Shown in pieces: positions 1-11,469 of a stretch of 45,896 nt of DNA. Every line of letters starts with the position of its first letter. The stretch's first letter is position 1. This DNA is from Octopus bimaculoides (lineage: Eukaryota): NCBI RefSeq assembly GCF_001194135.2, contig NC_069003.1, forward strand, positions 27,513,533 to 27,559,428, given 5' to 3'. The position numbers and the translations under genes are program-made. Below the pieces are notes generated by a model. The model had not been told where the DNA came from. It ran no database searches and saw only the letters and a program-made list of their open reading frames with translations.

Positions 1-53
<53 letters not shown>

Positions 54-61
54 CATATAGT

Positions 62-93
<32 letters not shown>

Positions 94-1032
94 GTGTATG
101 TATATATATACATGTGTGCGTGTGTGCCGCTGTGTGTGTGTGTGTGTCTAAAATTGGGAAGCACTAACAAAAGTGACTCTAGTGCACAGTTTGACGCATG
201 GTACTCACCAAACAGTCACTTTCGTAAGTTCCTACTGATTAAAAGTAAAAGCGCGTGCGTGCACATATATAAGCTTACACACGTATATAGCATTTTATTT
301 CCCATTTCATTACCCCGTGTATCATTAAAAGCCTGGTGGTGTTTTAGTCTGTGGCTTAAGCACATATACATGCGGGCAGGCACGCACGCACACACTCACG
401 TACATATATACACACACAGACCTTCACATGCAGACTCACACACGCATACACTCACACACACACACACGTAATATATAATCAAATCTGAAGGGAAATATTC
501 AGCACAAATAATTATTTATTCAAATTTTAGAGAAACATCAGCGTTAATATAATTAAATTTACGCCTTCATTAGCAAACAGATCTCTAAATTCTGATAATT
601 ACCAAATATTGTTAATTCTATACAGGGACTGGATAACATTATGGAGACCAGTCTTTTATTAAGGAGAGTATATGTATAGGTGTATGTATGTATGTGTATT
701 GTGTATATATATACATATATATATATATACACACATACATACATGTATATACATACGTATATATACCTTTCTATTCATATGTACATATGAACACAAACAC
801 ATTTATACATATCTGTGTTTACATATATATGTATATACATGCATATGTATATATGTTTATACAACTTCTGTAGATATATATATATATATATATATATATA
901 TGNNNNNNNNNNNNNNNNNNNNNNNNNNNNNNNNNNNNNNNNNNNNNNNNNNNNNNNNNNNNNNNNNNNNNNNNNNNNNNNNNNNNNNNNNNNNNNNNNN
1001 NNNNNNNNNNNNNNNNNNNNNNNNNNNNNNNN

Positions 1033-1087
<55 letters not shown>

Positions 1088-1237
1088 TATATATACACAA
1101 GCATGTATATACATACGTATATATACCTTTCTATTCATATGTACATATGAACACAAACACACATTTATACATATGTGTTTACATATATATGTACATACAT
1201 ATACATGCATATGTATATATGCTTATACAACTTCTGT

Positions 1238-1297
<60 letters not shown>

Positions 1298-1741
1298 TTA
1301 TATATGCGTATATAGGTATATGGATGTTTGTGTGTGCATACATAATTGAAAACCAAACTGAACACTATCAATAATGAATATATTTAATACACTTTTGTAA
1401 CAGAAACTAGCTTTTTATTTGTGATATTTATTTAATAAATTTTTTTAAAAACCATCCATACATACAGAATTTTTACTTGCATTTTTGACAAAATTTTCCT
1501 TTATTTTAAAATATTTTATTTACGTCTTTCTTTAATTTCCGATCAAATTTTCACTACCTTTCGAATAATATGATTATACAAAATTTAAAATAAACAAAAT
1601 CATTGAAAATGAAATATTAGCGTATGTATGTGCATCCATCCATCCATCCATATATGCATGCTAGTATTATGTATGTATGTATGCATGTATGTAGGCATGC
1701 ATGTATTCGCAACCACAAACACACGTATATACATACATACA

Positions 1742-1830
<89 letters not shown>
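1..1830. repeat. (TA)n/(CA)n/(TATG)n microsatellite field
   Basis: Direct reading, e.g. ~41 TA units at 1745-1827; comparable fields at 8437-8560, 9390-10060, 16670-16910, 20960-21175, 28835-30360, 42650-43180. Confidence 0.95.
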
Positions 1831-1831
<1 letters not shown>

Positions 1832-1832
1832 C

Positions 1833-2005
1833 ATAGGCCCGTATTTATTGGCAAATACAGTTTGTAATTCTCTTTCACACGTTTCCAGGTATATGCATAT
1901 GACCTGTCAGAGAGTATAGTTAATGGAAGTGATAGTGTCAGAGGTTGCCATGTCAGTAGGGCACTTGCAAGGTCAGATAAAGGTGGCCACCTGGTCGGGT
2001 CCGTT
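1833..2005 (-). CDS. Candidate 173-nt internal exon
   Basis: TAG..GTAAAT boundaries; open [19 protein letters not shown]...[22 protein letters not shown]; a competing + strand exon exists. Confidence 0.2.
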
Positions 2006-2618
2006 CTAGATAGTAGTTACATCCACTCTCCTACCTACCCACACATACACACACATGCAAATATGTTGGTGTGTGAGTGTATGTATGTATTTTTTTATAT
2101 CTATTTATCTATCTATCCATCTAGGCATCTACATATCTATGTATATATATATATACATTATACACATTATGCACATATTTATATATGTGCATATATATGA
2201 ACATGAGTGTATGTACACGCACAATCATACACACATGCACACATATATGTTTGTGCATAATTATACATATAAACATATGCACACATACAGTATATATCTA
2301 ATCGGTGTGTAAATATATAATAGTTTATAAACTGGCTGTATAGACTATATATATATACGTAAATATTATATATGCATAAACATATATGTATACCACCTAT
2401 GACTACTACCCAATTCACCTTTTACCAAATACATACTAACATATCCGCTACCACATACTTTCCAACACTTGTTCTTCTCAACCACTTCGTCACCCGTTTC
2501 TGCCATAATATTAACTGCATACTCTTTGACTTACATTAAGAACTAAAAACTTCACCCATATCTCGTGACGTCACTAAATTTATTTCTCCTTAATACATAT
2601 ATAATAACATGTAATGTT

Positions 2619-2650
2619 CTGAAGAAGAGCTGAATTACGAAACGTCGTTT
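2619..2650 (+). ncRNA. Hammerhead-like core with decayed stems
   Basis: CTGAAGA AGAGCTGAATTAC GAAAC GTC; core intact, stems I and II broken. Confidence 0.35.
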
Positions 2651-3197
2651 TCTTAATTTTTGTTTTTTCAAGTGTTAAACTAATAATTGAAACTTTGTTT
2701 TCACATTGACTCCCGTGTTGATATTTTTGTTGCGATTTAAAACCCATATCTACGTGCCCCGTGGTCATCCAGTGTAACCCGTTTTTCTTTTCTCACACAC
2801 TGTTGTATTCTACATTTTCTTTCGGAATAATTGCCTGGGAATTCATCCGTTCTACCATTGAGGATCAGTGGATATTTTGTTTGTTTTCAATTCATTAATA
2901 TGCCACAGTCCTACCCATATTTTACCCAAACCACTTTCGTTCTCTCCCCACTACACCTCTCTTCTTACCACTCTATGATCTTGCCTGGCTTCAAATTCCA
3001 CTTCCATGACCATCACATACTCCATAAGCATTTCCTCTCTCCTTCGTCATATCTGCCTCAAATCCTCTCTTAATAACCCGCTACTCAAATCGTGTAGCTT
3101 TCCTCAGCCGCATTCACCACTACCACCTCATTCCTCATAGCTTCTTTTTATATTTCCACCAAACTACCTACTCTAATTAAACCACATAGAATCCTGT

Positions 3198-3580
3198 GTT
3201 TTGAGTTCAAATCTTGCCGAAGTCAGATGTACATTTCTTCTTCTCGAGGTCGCTAAAATAACGTACCCGTCAAATACTAATCTTCGATATAATAAACTGC
3301 TCTTCTGGCCACAAATTTCTTTGTCTAAATAAGAAACCATCGTACAAAAACTGAAGAAGCAGAATCGCTAGAACATCGGTCAAAATGCTTTGTGGTACTT
3401 TTCAAATCCCTACGTTCTGAGTTCAAATTTCACTAAGGTCAAATTGTTCTTTTTTTTTTTCATTCATTCGGTGTTGATAGAATAAAAAAATTAGTCTTGC
3501 ACTGAGATCGATTTAATCGATTAATCCTCATGACACTAAACTTTCAGGCCTTGTGCTTACGTTAGAATCAATTACCATTA
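3198..3580 (+). mobile_element. Two decayed SINE family A copies
   Basis: TTTGAGTTCAAATC (~3200) and GCAGAATCG...GTTCTGAGTTCAAAT...CAGGCCTTGTGC (3360-3560). Confidence 0.7.
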
Positions 3581-3819
3581 TTACATATATTTTTCCTTCT
3601 CCATAAATCACAATGCAATACCTTTTAACGCCTACGCAGTAAATTAGAATAAATTAGTGTAAAAGAAAAGAAGAAAACGAAACAGAAACAAGAAAGAAAC
3701 AGAACAAAAATCAACGTATCCTCACAACCACAATGCTTTTAGTTTTGAAGAAACAAAACTAATAACGAAATAGAAAGAATTCATCAGAACATGCAGTTAG
3801 CTTTGTATTATATTAGTGT

Positions 3820-4420
3820 TTATTGTCTGTTTTGTATTACTATTTGTTATTTGCTTTATATCAATGTTTCTTGTTTTATGCCAGTATTTGTGGTTTGTTG
3901 GCCACGTTTGTTCTAGTTATTTTTGTTATTGATGCCATTGTTTTTTGTTGCAGTAAATGTTGTGTTGTTATTGTTGTTATTGTTGTTGGTTGTGATTGTT
4001 GTTGATGTTGCTGTTTTGCTTCTTATTATTTTGTTGTTGCTGTTCTTATGGTGTTCATTATTACTTCTTCCTTGTGTGTTGTTATTTGTTGTTCCTTTTT
4101 TTTCCAATTGTATTTTTTCACTGTTGCTATTGTTATTGTGGTTGTTTTGTTATTGTAATTATAATTGTTTTATTATTGCTGCTCTTATCGTTTTGTTATT
4201 GTTGCAATTGTTATTCTGGTTGTTTTGTTGTTGTTGCAATTTTCATCGTTATTGTTGTAATTGCAGTTGTTTTGTTGTTGTGGTTGTTTTTGTCCACGCT
4301 GTTCTTGTTGATACTACTGCTACTAATATTGCTATTGTTGTTGTTGTTGTAGCTGCTACCGCTAGTGTTGCTTCCGTGAGCCATCCCGCTGTCATATTTT
4401 TGTGGTTGATGTGGTTGTAG
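3820..4420. repeat. Degenerate (TTG)n low-complexity tract; similar tracts at 5690-6050 and 44785-44945
   Basis: Direct reading. Confidence 0.9.
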
Positions 4421-4624
4421 CATGGCAGAATGGTTATCACACCGGACAAAATGTATAGCAGTATTTCGTACGGCACTTCATTCTGAGTTTAAATTTCGCC
4501 AAGGTCGACTTTGCCTTTCATCCTTTCGGGGTCGATACAATAGGTACCAGTAAAACACAGGGGTCGATGTAGTCGACTAGTCCCCTCCCACCAAATTTCA
4601 GGCCTTGTGCCTTTACTAGAAATG

Positions 4625-4654
<30 letters not shown>
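4421..4654 (+). mobile_element. tRNA-derived SINE, family A, near full length, (ATT)n tail
   Basis: A-box-like TGGCAGAATGG and B-box-like TTCTGAGTTTAAAT; central GCCTTTCATCCTTTCGGGGTCGAT block (recalls the Meta/MESC-type SINE core); ends GGCCTTGTGCC...(ATT)n; many similar copies in the window. Confidence 0.9.
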
Positions 4655-4656
<2 letters not shown>

Positions 4657-4877
4657 GGCGGTGAGATGGCAGAATCGTTAGCACGCCGGGCGAAATGCTT
4701 AGCAGTATTTGGTCCGCCTTTATGTTCTGAGTCCAAATTCCGCCGAGGCCAACTTTGCCTTTCATCCTTACGGGGTCGATAAATTAAGTACCAGTTGAGT
4801 ACTGGTGTCGATATAACCGACTTACCCTCCCCAAATCTCAAGTCTTGTGCCTATAGTAGAAAGTATTATTATTATTT
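4655..4877 (+). mobile_element. SINE family A, full length, head-to-tail after the previous copy
   Basis: Head AAGGCGGTGAGATGGCAGAATCGTTAGC starts right after the (ATT)n tail of 4421-4654; same body; own (ATT)n tail. Confidence 0.9.
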
Positions 4878-5004
4878 TCTCTTTATCACAGATTTTGTTG
4901 GAGCTCCTGGAATTCTTGCATGCGTAGCGGACTTACTACCTGCAGCCTACGGTACCATGCTATCCGTTCTTTTCAGCTTCCTAATACTTTCCTGATTATT
5001 CTGG

Positions 5005-5507
5005 TTATTATTATTGAGTGAGAGAGCAGTGCAAGACATCAAAGTGACAGTGGGATAAAATATGCGAGGTCCAGTATATCCATCACGATTACCCGTCTGA
5101 TAAGAGTACACCAGGCATATGCATCACAACCATATGTGCGCAACATAGGGATTTCATATCAACATAAACAGCGCATGACCTTTTAGGTGGGACCCAGTTA
5201 GAATTTTCTTCAGGTCGAGTAGCCCATCCAGCTCTAAAGTTCCCTGAATAAGGATTAAGGATGATGAACACAGCACCCATGTTTCCAAAGATAAATTATT
5301 CAAACCCCAAAGAATTCCTCTCAACACACGGCTATGATGCTCCCCCACTACTTCTGCTCGTGATCAGAGATGCACATATCGCCAACCACAAAGAGACATA
5401 CTCAACTGGTTAAGGTCAAACAACTGACAAGCAAATCTGTGGTATTGAACAGAATATTTGCTGTAGCCCGTCATTCATACCAAGACAAAACAATGTACAT
5501 GATAACA
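5005..5507 (-). mobile_element. Interspersed repeat family E (non-coding, (AAT)n end; class unresolved)
   Basis: Block GGCTATGATGCTCCC...GTGATCAGAGATGCACATATCG...TGTGGTATTGA is shared with 43453-43746 (same orientation, ~130 bp deleted) and 30943-31082 (opposite orientation). Confidence 0.8.
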
Positions 5508-5527
5508 NNNNNNNNNNGGTGCATTCG

Positions 5528-5675
5528 GCCCATCTTTACTACATTCGGAGCTTAAATTCTCTCGACATCGAATCCACCTTTCGTGGTCGATAAAATAAGT
5601 ACCAGTTGAGTATTGAGGTCGATGCGATCGATTTACTACCTTCTCCAAAACTGCTGGCATTGTGCCTACAAGTAA
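5528..5675 (+). mobile_element. 5'-truncated SINE family A
   Basis: GTCGATAAAATAAGTACCAGTTGAGTATTGAGGTCGAT...TTGTGCCTAC. Confidence 0.75.
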
Positions 5676-6341
5676 AAAGGACTGCTGTTGTGATTCCTGT
5701 AGTAGTAGTAGTAGGTTTGTTGTTATTGTTACTGCTGCTACAGTTGTTTTTGTTGTAGATGCTGTTGTTGTTGTTTTTGCGTTGTCGTATTTTCTGTCGT
5801 TTTTATGTTGTGGTTGTTATTCTTCTTCTGCTACTGTTGTTGTCGTTCTTCTTCCACTGTTATTCTTCTTCTTCATGTATCTGCTGCCACTGGTGCTGTT
5901 GTTGTTGCTGTTGTAATTACTATTGCTGCGGCTACCGTTGTTGCTGCTGCTGCCACTGCCGTTCTTGTCGCTGATGTTGCTGCAGTTGTTCTTGCTGTAG
6001 AATTCGTTGTTGTTATTGCTGTTGTTGTTATTGCTGTTGTTGTTTAGCTACAGCTGCTATTTCCGGCACACCAATCAGCAAACGCTATCTCCTATCACAA
6101 TAAACAATACCTGACAACTTTCCCTTCACAAATGGTGAATGATATTTCTTAATTTATTTATATTCATTTATTTACATTTAATTATTTTTAGTTTCTGTGT
6201 TTTTCTTTGTTTTGTAGTGGTAATGGTAATGGCATTTTTCTTGTTATTGTTGCTCTTCTTCTTCTTCTTCTTCTTCTTCTTCTTCTTCTTCTTCTTCTTT
6301 TTCTTTTTCTTTTTCTTCTTCTTTTTCTTTTTCTTCTTCTG

Positions 6342-6771
6342 GATGGGATGGTCACAGTTGGAATGTCTTTGATTACATGTTTGTTGGATAAGGCTAAAAA
6401 CCAAGGAAGGACACATTAGATAATGTAGTCTTAGATATACAATATCAGAATAGAAGATGGGATGGTCACAGCTAGAACGTCTTTGATTACAGATTTGTTA
6501 GATGAAGTTAAATAGCAACAGTGTAGCCTTAGATATACAATGTGTGAATAAAAGATGGGATGGTCATAGCTGGACAGCCTTTCATCTGAATCTGTATATG
6601 GACTTATTCAGAACTGCATAACAAAATTGCAAGGAAGGACGCACCAGATAGTGTAGTCTTAGACATGCAATATTGGAATTTAAAAAAAAGAAAAAACAAA
6701 AACGGTTGATTATAGTTCTTACACGATAAATCACAGGTTTGCTCAATCAAGATTGACCTAGGGCTAAACAA
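6342..6771 (+). repeat. Diverged ~100-115-bp tandem units of repeat family G; related fragments at 30385-30480 (-), 38995-39050 (+), 39605-39660 (+)
   Basis: GATGGGATGGTCA(C/T)AG at 6342, 6456 and 6554; GTAG(T/C)CTTAGA in each unit; end GA(T/C)TGACCT.GGGCTAAA shared with 39035. Confidence 0.7.
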
Positions 6772-7754
6772 GTGAGTGTTTTCTCTTGATTTGCCAGATA
6801 AAGGAGAAACCGTCAGTGTGACCCCCAAACCATACAATGACCTATAAAGTTCACAATTTCTGGTCTTTTTATAGAAAATAATCTTTAATTGACATTTTCA
6901 CTTGAAATGGACTGATCTGAATTTGTGATTTTTCTAATAGGCGCGTACGTGTCTCCGTGTATACGTGCGTGTGTGTATATGTGTGTGTGTATATGTGTGT
7001 ATGTGTGAGAGAGGTGTGCATGTATGCGTATGATAATGCCGTGTGGAACATGTGTTTGTATTATAGGTGGTGTGTACGTGATAAGGTTGAGTGGTTCACG
7101 CATGTGTCTCATTTTGAGGTGTTAGGTGTGTGTACATGTACAAGAGGTGTGTGTGTTTATGAGTGGGTGTATGTGTGTTGTTTGTGCATCAGTGTATTTC
7201 ATCCGTTGTATTTATATGCCTGATATCTGCGTAAATAAGAGTGTGGTTGTATGTGTCTATATATGTGTGTACATCTGTGTGTATATGGTTGTACTTACAC
7301 ACACACACATATACGTTAATATTGAAGTGTTGGGTATGGTCTTAGTACGTGGATAAAGCACTTTCACTGCCTATGGCTACCTGATGTCATCCACGGTAGT
7401 TACGCAGTTGTCGCTGGATCTACCCCAGGAATTTGTCACTGTAGTTTGAATATAAAATAAACGATAGAGACGGGAAATGGAATACATAGGAAACTTTATT
7501 GCTCACAACGATCGTTTCAACACATCGTACATTGATCCATCTCGGCTGGGAGCCTATACAACTAGTTGTGGTGCATCCCTTGGGACAAACCATCTCGTCA
7601 GGTGACGTAATAAGAGATGTCTCGCTAAATGAACTCTGTTTCGCTCGGATTTAATACAGCCTGTGGTTAGTGGCCGCAGGTTTAAGCTGTTACAGGTAGC
7701 CATAAGCAATGAACGTGCTTTATCGGCGTTCTACTAGGAATATATCCAACACTC

Positions 7755-7796
<42 letters not shown>

Positions 7797-8466
7797 ATCC
7801 ATCCATCTATCTATCTATCTATCTATCTACCTGTCTGTCAGTCTGTCTGCTAGTCTATCTATCTATGATTCTATATAATATAAAATGTATATTATATCAT
7901 GTTAGATAGGTAGATAGACATTTATAGACAATGTTATAGAAACTCACACATACACACATACACTCGCACACAAANNNNNNNNNNNNNNNNNNNNNNNNNN
8001 NNNNNNNNNNNNNNNNNNNNNNNNNNNNNNNNNNNNNNNNNNNNNNNNNNNNNNNNNNNNNNNNNNNNNNNNNNNNNNNNNNNNNNNNNNNNNNNNNNNN
8101 NNNNNNNNNNNNNNNNNNNNNNNNNNNNNNNNNNNNNNNNNNNNNNNNNNNNNNNNNNNNNNNNNNNNNNNNNNNNNNNNNNNNNNNNNNNNNNNNNNNN
8201 NNNNNNNNNNNNNNNNNNNNNNNNNNNNNNNNNNNNNNNNNNNNNNNNNNNNNNNNNNNNNNNNNNNNNNNNNNNNNNNNNNNNNNNNNNNNNNNNNNNN
8301 NNNNNNNNNNNNNNNNNNNNNNNNNNNNNNNNNNNNNNNNNNNNNNNNNNNNNNNNNNNNNNNNNNNNNNNNNNNNNNNNNNNNNNNNNNNNNNNNNNNN
8401 NNNNNNNNNNNNNNNNNNNNNNNNNNNNNNNNNNNATATATATATATATATATATATATATATCAT

Positions 8467-8510
<44 letters not shown>

Positions 8511-9384
8511 TATATATACATACATAAGTACGTATATATGTATATCTATGTTTGTATATTTATATGTAAACATAGAATCACCAGAGCACCAACAAAACTA
8601 AGCACCAGCACAAAAGAAATTCATACCATAAACATTATAGCCAATTGAGTAAAAACATCGTGCTTTGCGGACATCTTGTGTTGTTTAGATATTACGTTTC
8701 TTTATTCGTTTTGACAGAATTTCTATTAGACTGCTGACTTTCGTAGATTTAACCAGAAATGTGGCTCAGACATTTGTTGTTCGTTTTTTTTTTTTCCTTT
8801 AAAGAAAATGTATTAACCAATTTTGCTACACCTCCATGTTGTTCTATTGTTCAGTTATGGTTTTTGCCTTCTCTGTCGTCTGCTTTCAGTCAATCAGTCA
8901 GGCAGCCATGCAGCCAGTCATATATCGGACACATTTTGTGCAAAATTCTCACACCTTCTCTTTCACACAAACAAAAAAGACGTAAGCAAATACACACACA
9001 TTTTCAGATAGTCATTGAGAAATACGCATAGAGAATTAAACACTAAGACACAAATAGATTTAAAAATATAAAGCACATATCAGTACATATATACAGTTTT
9101 CTGTTTATCTGTCTCTCACTATAGATCAAATATTTTCCTTTGTCTTTCTTTATCTCAGTTATATTTCTTTCACTTTTCCATTTTTATCTTTCTCTTAGCT
9201 CTATCAAACCACTTATCTCTTTCTCTCTCACCCTCTCTCTCTATTTATATTTATATATTTCTTCCTTTTCTTATATTCTCCCTCCTTCTCCTCACCTATA
9301 TACAGACACATCTAAATATATTTAGGAATGGTCGTAACTGTATGCTTTTCTGTAACCTACCCGCAGATCTACACACACCCATAC

Positions 9385-9451
<67 letters not shown>

Positions 9452-9498
9452 TATATATATATATATACACACACATATATATATATATATATACACAC

Positions 9499-9561
<63 letters not shown>

Positions 9562-9611
9562 TATATATATATATATATGCGAGTAAACAGTCTGTTAAAG
9601 ATTGTCATACC

Positions 9612-9651
9612 GGCCATGACGAAGGGAAATAGCCCTGAAACTCGAGTCGCC
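9612..9651 (+). ncRNA. Minimal hammerhead-like motif with 1-nt core insertion
   Basis: GGC C(A)TGACGA AGGG-AAATAG-CCCT GAAA C-TCGA-G TC GCC. Confidence 0.45.
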
Positions 9652-9919
9652 TTTATATATATATATTTATATTTATATATTTATATATTTGATCCTTTAT
9701 ATTGAACACTCAATATTTCATCTACATTCAATACTTTATTTCATGGTGCCATCCATTTTTATTTTATTTTATATTATATATTGTATATTATATTATATAT
9801 TGTATATTCCATATTCTATACCCCACATTAGTTCTGCAGGAATATAAATAAAACATAAAGAACAGACAGTGTTGGAACTCTTTTAAGCAAAATAATATAT
9901 ATATATATATACACACACA

Positions 9920-9977
<58 letters not shown>

Positions 9978-10441
9978 TATATACATACACAGATACATAT
10001 ACTCATATGTGTATGTGAGCGTTTGTGAGTGAACGAGTGTGTGTGTGTGTGTGTGTGCTTTTGTACATACAAACACAGACCACGTGAAACTCCCAAAACA
10101 TTTCTTCTCGTAATCTGCTTCTTATTTCGTGCCGTGTTGAATACCGCTGATCATTATCTTCATAGAATATCGAGGAACAATGAAGGCGACAGTAGAAAAT
10201 AGTAACCGATGCCACAATATTACCACTAAAAAAAAAAAAAAGTAATAACATCCGGTTTCTTTTCTCTCTTTGAATTAAACAGAATTATGCAGTGCCAAAT
10301 AGAGTTAAACTCTGTATAGCTTTTGCCTGCAAAGTTTTGCAGTAAAGCAAAACGGCAACAGTTCTCAACAGTTGTCTATCATTTGTTTGCAACAGAGAGC
10401 ATATTGCTAGGTATAATGCCCTGGGCTTTCTTTTAACTTAC

Positions 10442-10520
10442 CAAGTTACTCATAAAGCTCTCTTTATTACCGTGGGGTTTCTGGTTACGTACCATTGCGT
10501 AAGTTTCACGTTCTATACCA
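10442..10520 (-). CDS. Candidate 79-nt internal exon
   Basis: CTAACGCAG acceptor, GTAAGT donor, single open frame GIERETYAMVRNQKPHGNKESFMSNL. Confidence 0.25.
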
Positions 10521-10541
10521 CTGCGTTAGTATTTTCTTTGT

Positions 10542-10621
10542 GGAGGCGCAATGGCTCAGTGGTCAGGGCAGCGGACTCGCGGTCATAGGATCGCGGTTTC
10601 GATTCCCAGACCGAGCGTTGT
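10542..10621 (+). mobile_element. tRNA-derived SINE family B head, cut by an N-gap
   Basis: GGAGGCGCAATGGCTCAGTGGTCAGGG...GGTTTCGATTCCCAGACC with A- and B-box-like motifs. Confidence 0.85.
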
Positions 10622-10639
10622 NNNNNNNNNNATATATAT

Positions 10640-10872
10640 ATATATATAAATGTTGCGTGCCTTTGTGTCTGTGCTCGTTGCCCACCACTACTTGACCGGC
10701 GTGGGCGTATTTGCGTTCCCGCGTCCTGCGGCTTGACAGAAGAAGCCGATACAATAAGTACCAAGATTAGAAAAAGAATGAACACTGGGTTTGATATGTT
10801 CGACTAAAATTCTTCAAGACAATGTCCCAACAGGACCGTAGTCCAATGAGTGAAACAATTTAAGGATAAAAA
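10640..10872 (+). mobile_element. SINE family D 3' half
   Basis: TGTGTCTGTGCTCGTTGCCC...GATACAATAAGTACC...GTCCAATGAGTGAAACAA; homologous to the reverse complement of 45488-45850. Confidence 0.65.
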
Positions 10873-11208
10873 AAAATATATGTATATATATGCATATATG
10901 CGCGCGCACACGCACACATACATACACACGCACAAATATGTATATATGCATACATACATATATATGTATATATAGACATGTGCATATAATGACCTGTCTG
11001 TCTATCTATCTATCTGTCTGTCCGATTGTCCGTTTGAGTGTCTGTCTCTGTATTTATCTCACCGCTCATCTACCTATGTGTATACATATATATAGCTGTG
11101 GCTGTGTTATATCTTCAATATACCACTGCGTTAAGGATGAGAGGACCAAGAGAATATCTATATCGGTTCAAAATAATTATGGGAGAACGATACATGTTAG
11201 CAAACACA

Positions 11209-11260
<52 letters not shown>

Positions 11261-11267
11261 CATATAC

Positions 11268-11469
11268 ACGACGGGCTTCTTTCAGTTTCCGTCTACCAAA
11301 TCCACTCACAAGGNNNNNNNNNNGGGCTTCTTTCAGTTTCCGTCTACCAAATCCACTCACAAGGCTTTGGTCGGTCCGAGGCTATAGTAGAAGACACTTG
11401 CCCAAGGTGCCACGCAGTGGGACTGAACCCAGAACCATATAAGCTACTTACCACACAGCCACTCATGCA
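11268..11469 (-). mobile_element. SINE family D 5' half (tRNA head and CORE-like block) running into a (TA)/(CA) microsatellite
   Basis: Reverse complement: GAGTGGCTGTGTGGTAAGTAGC...GGGTTCAGTCCCACTGCGTGGCACCTTGGGCAAGTGTCTTCT...GAAAGAAGCCCGTCGT. Confidence 0.85.

Noticed and set aside
1833-2005. YTW..V...Y.L.LP similarity to alpha2delta/Cache-domain proteins
   Set aside because: Short recalled similarity, spacing and order with other candidate exons do not fit, so no gene symbol was assigned.
2850-3130. Pyrimidine-rich stretch whose reverse complement faintly recalls an RTE 3' end
   Set aside because: Too degenerate to support.
7590-7605. CTGACGA on the minus strand as a hammerhead core
   Set aside because: No GAAA after a stem II at the right spacing.
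10542-10621. tRNA-like sequences here and at 13755, 27140, 29200, 32349 and 33620
   Set aside because: They are SINE heads: no proper acceptor stem, and they continue into SINE bodies.
11272-11363. Identical ~40-bp duplicate around a 10-N gap; also 34901-34948 and 42916-42975
   Set aside because: Unmerged contig overlaps, i.e. assembly artefacts.
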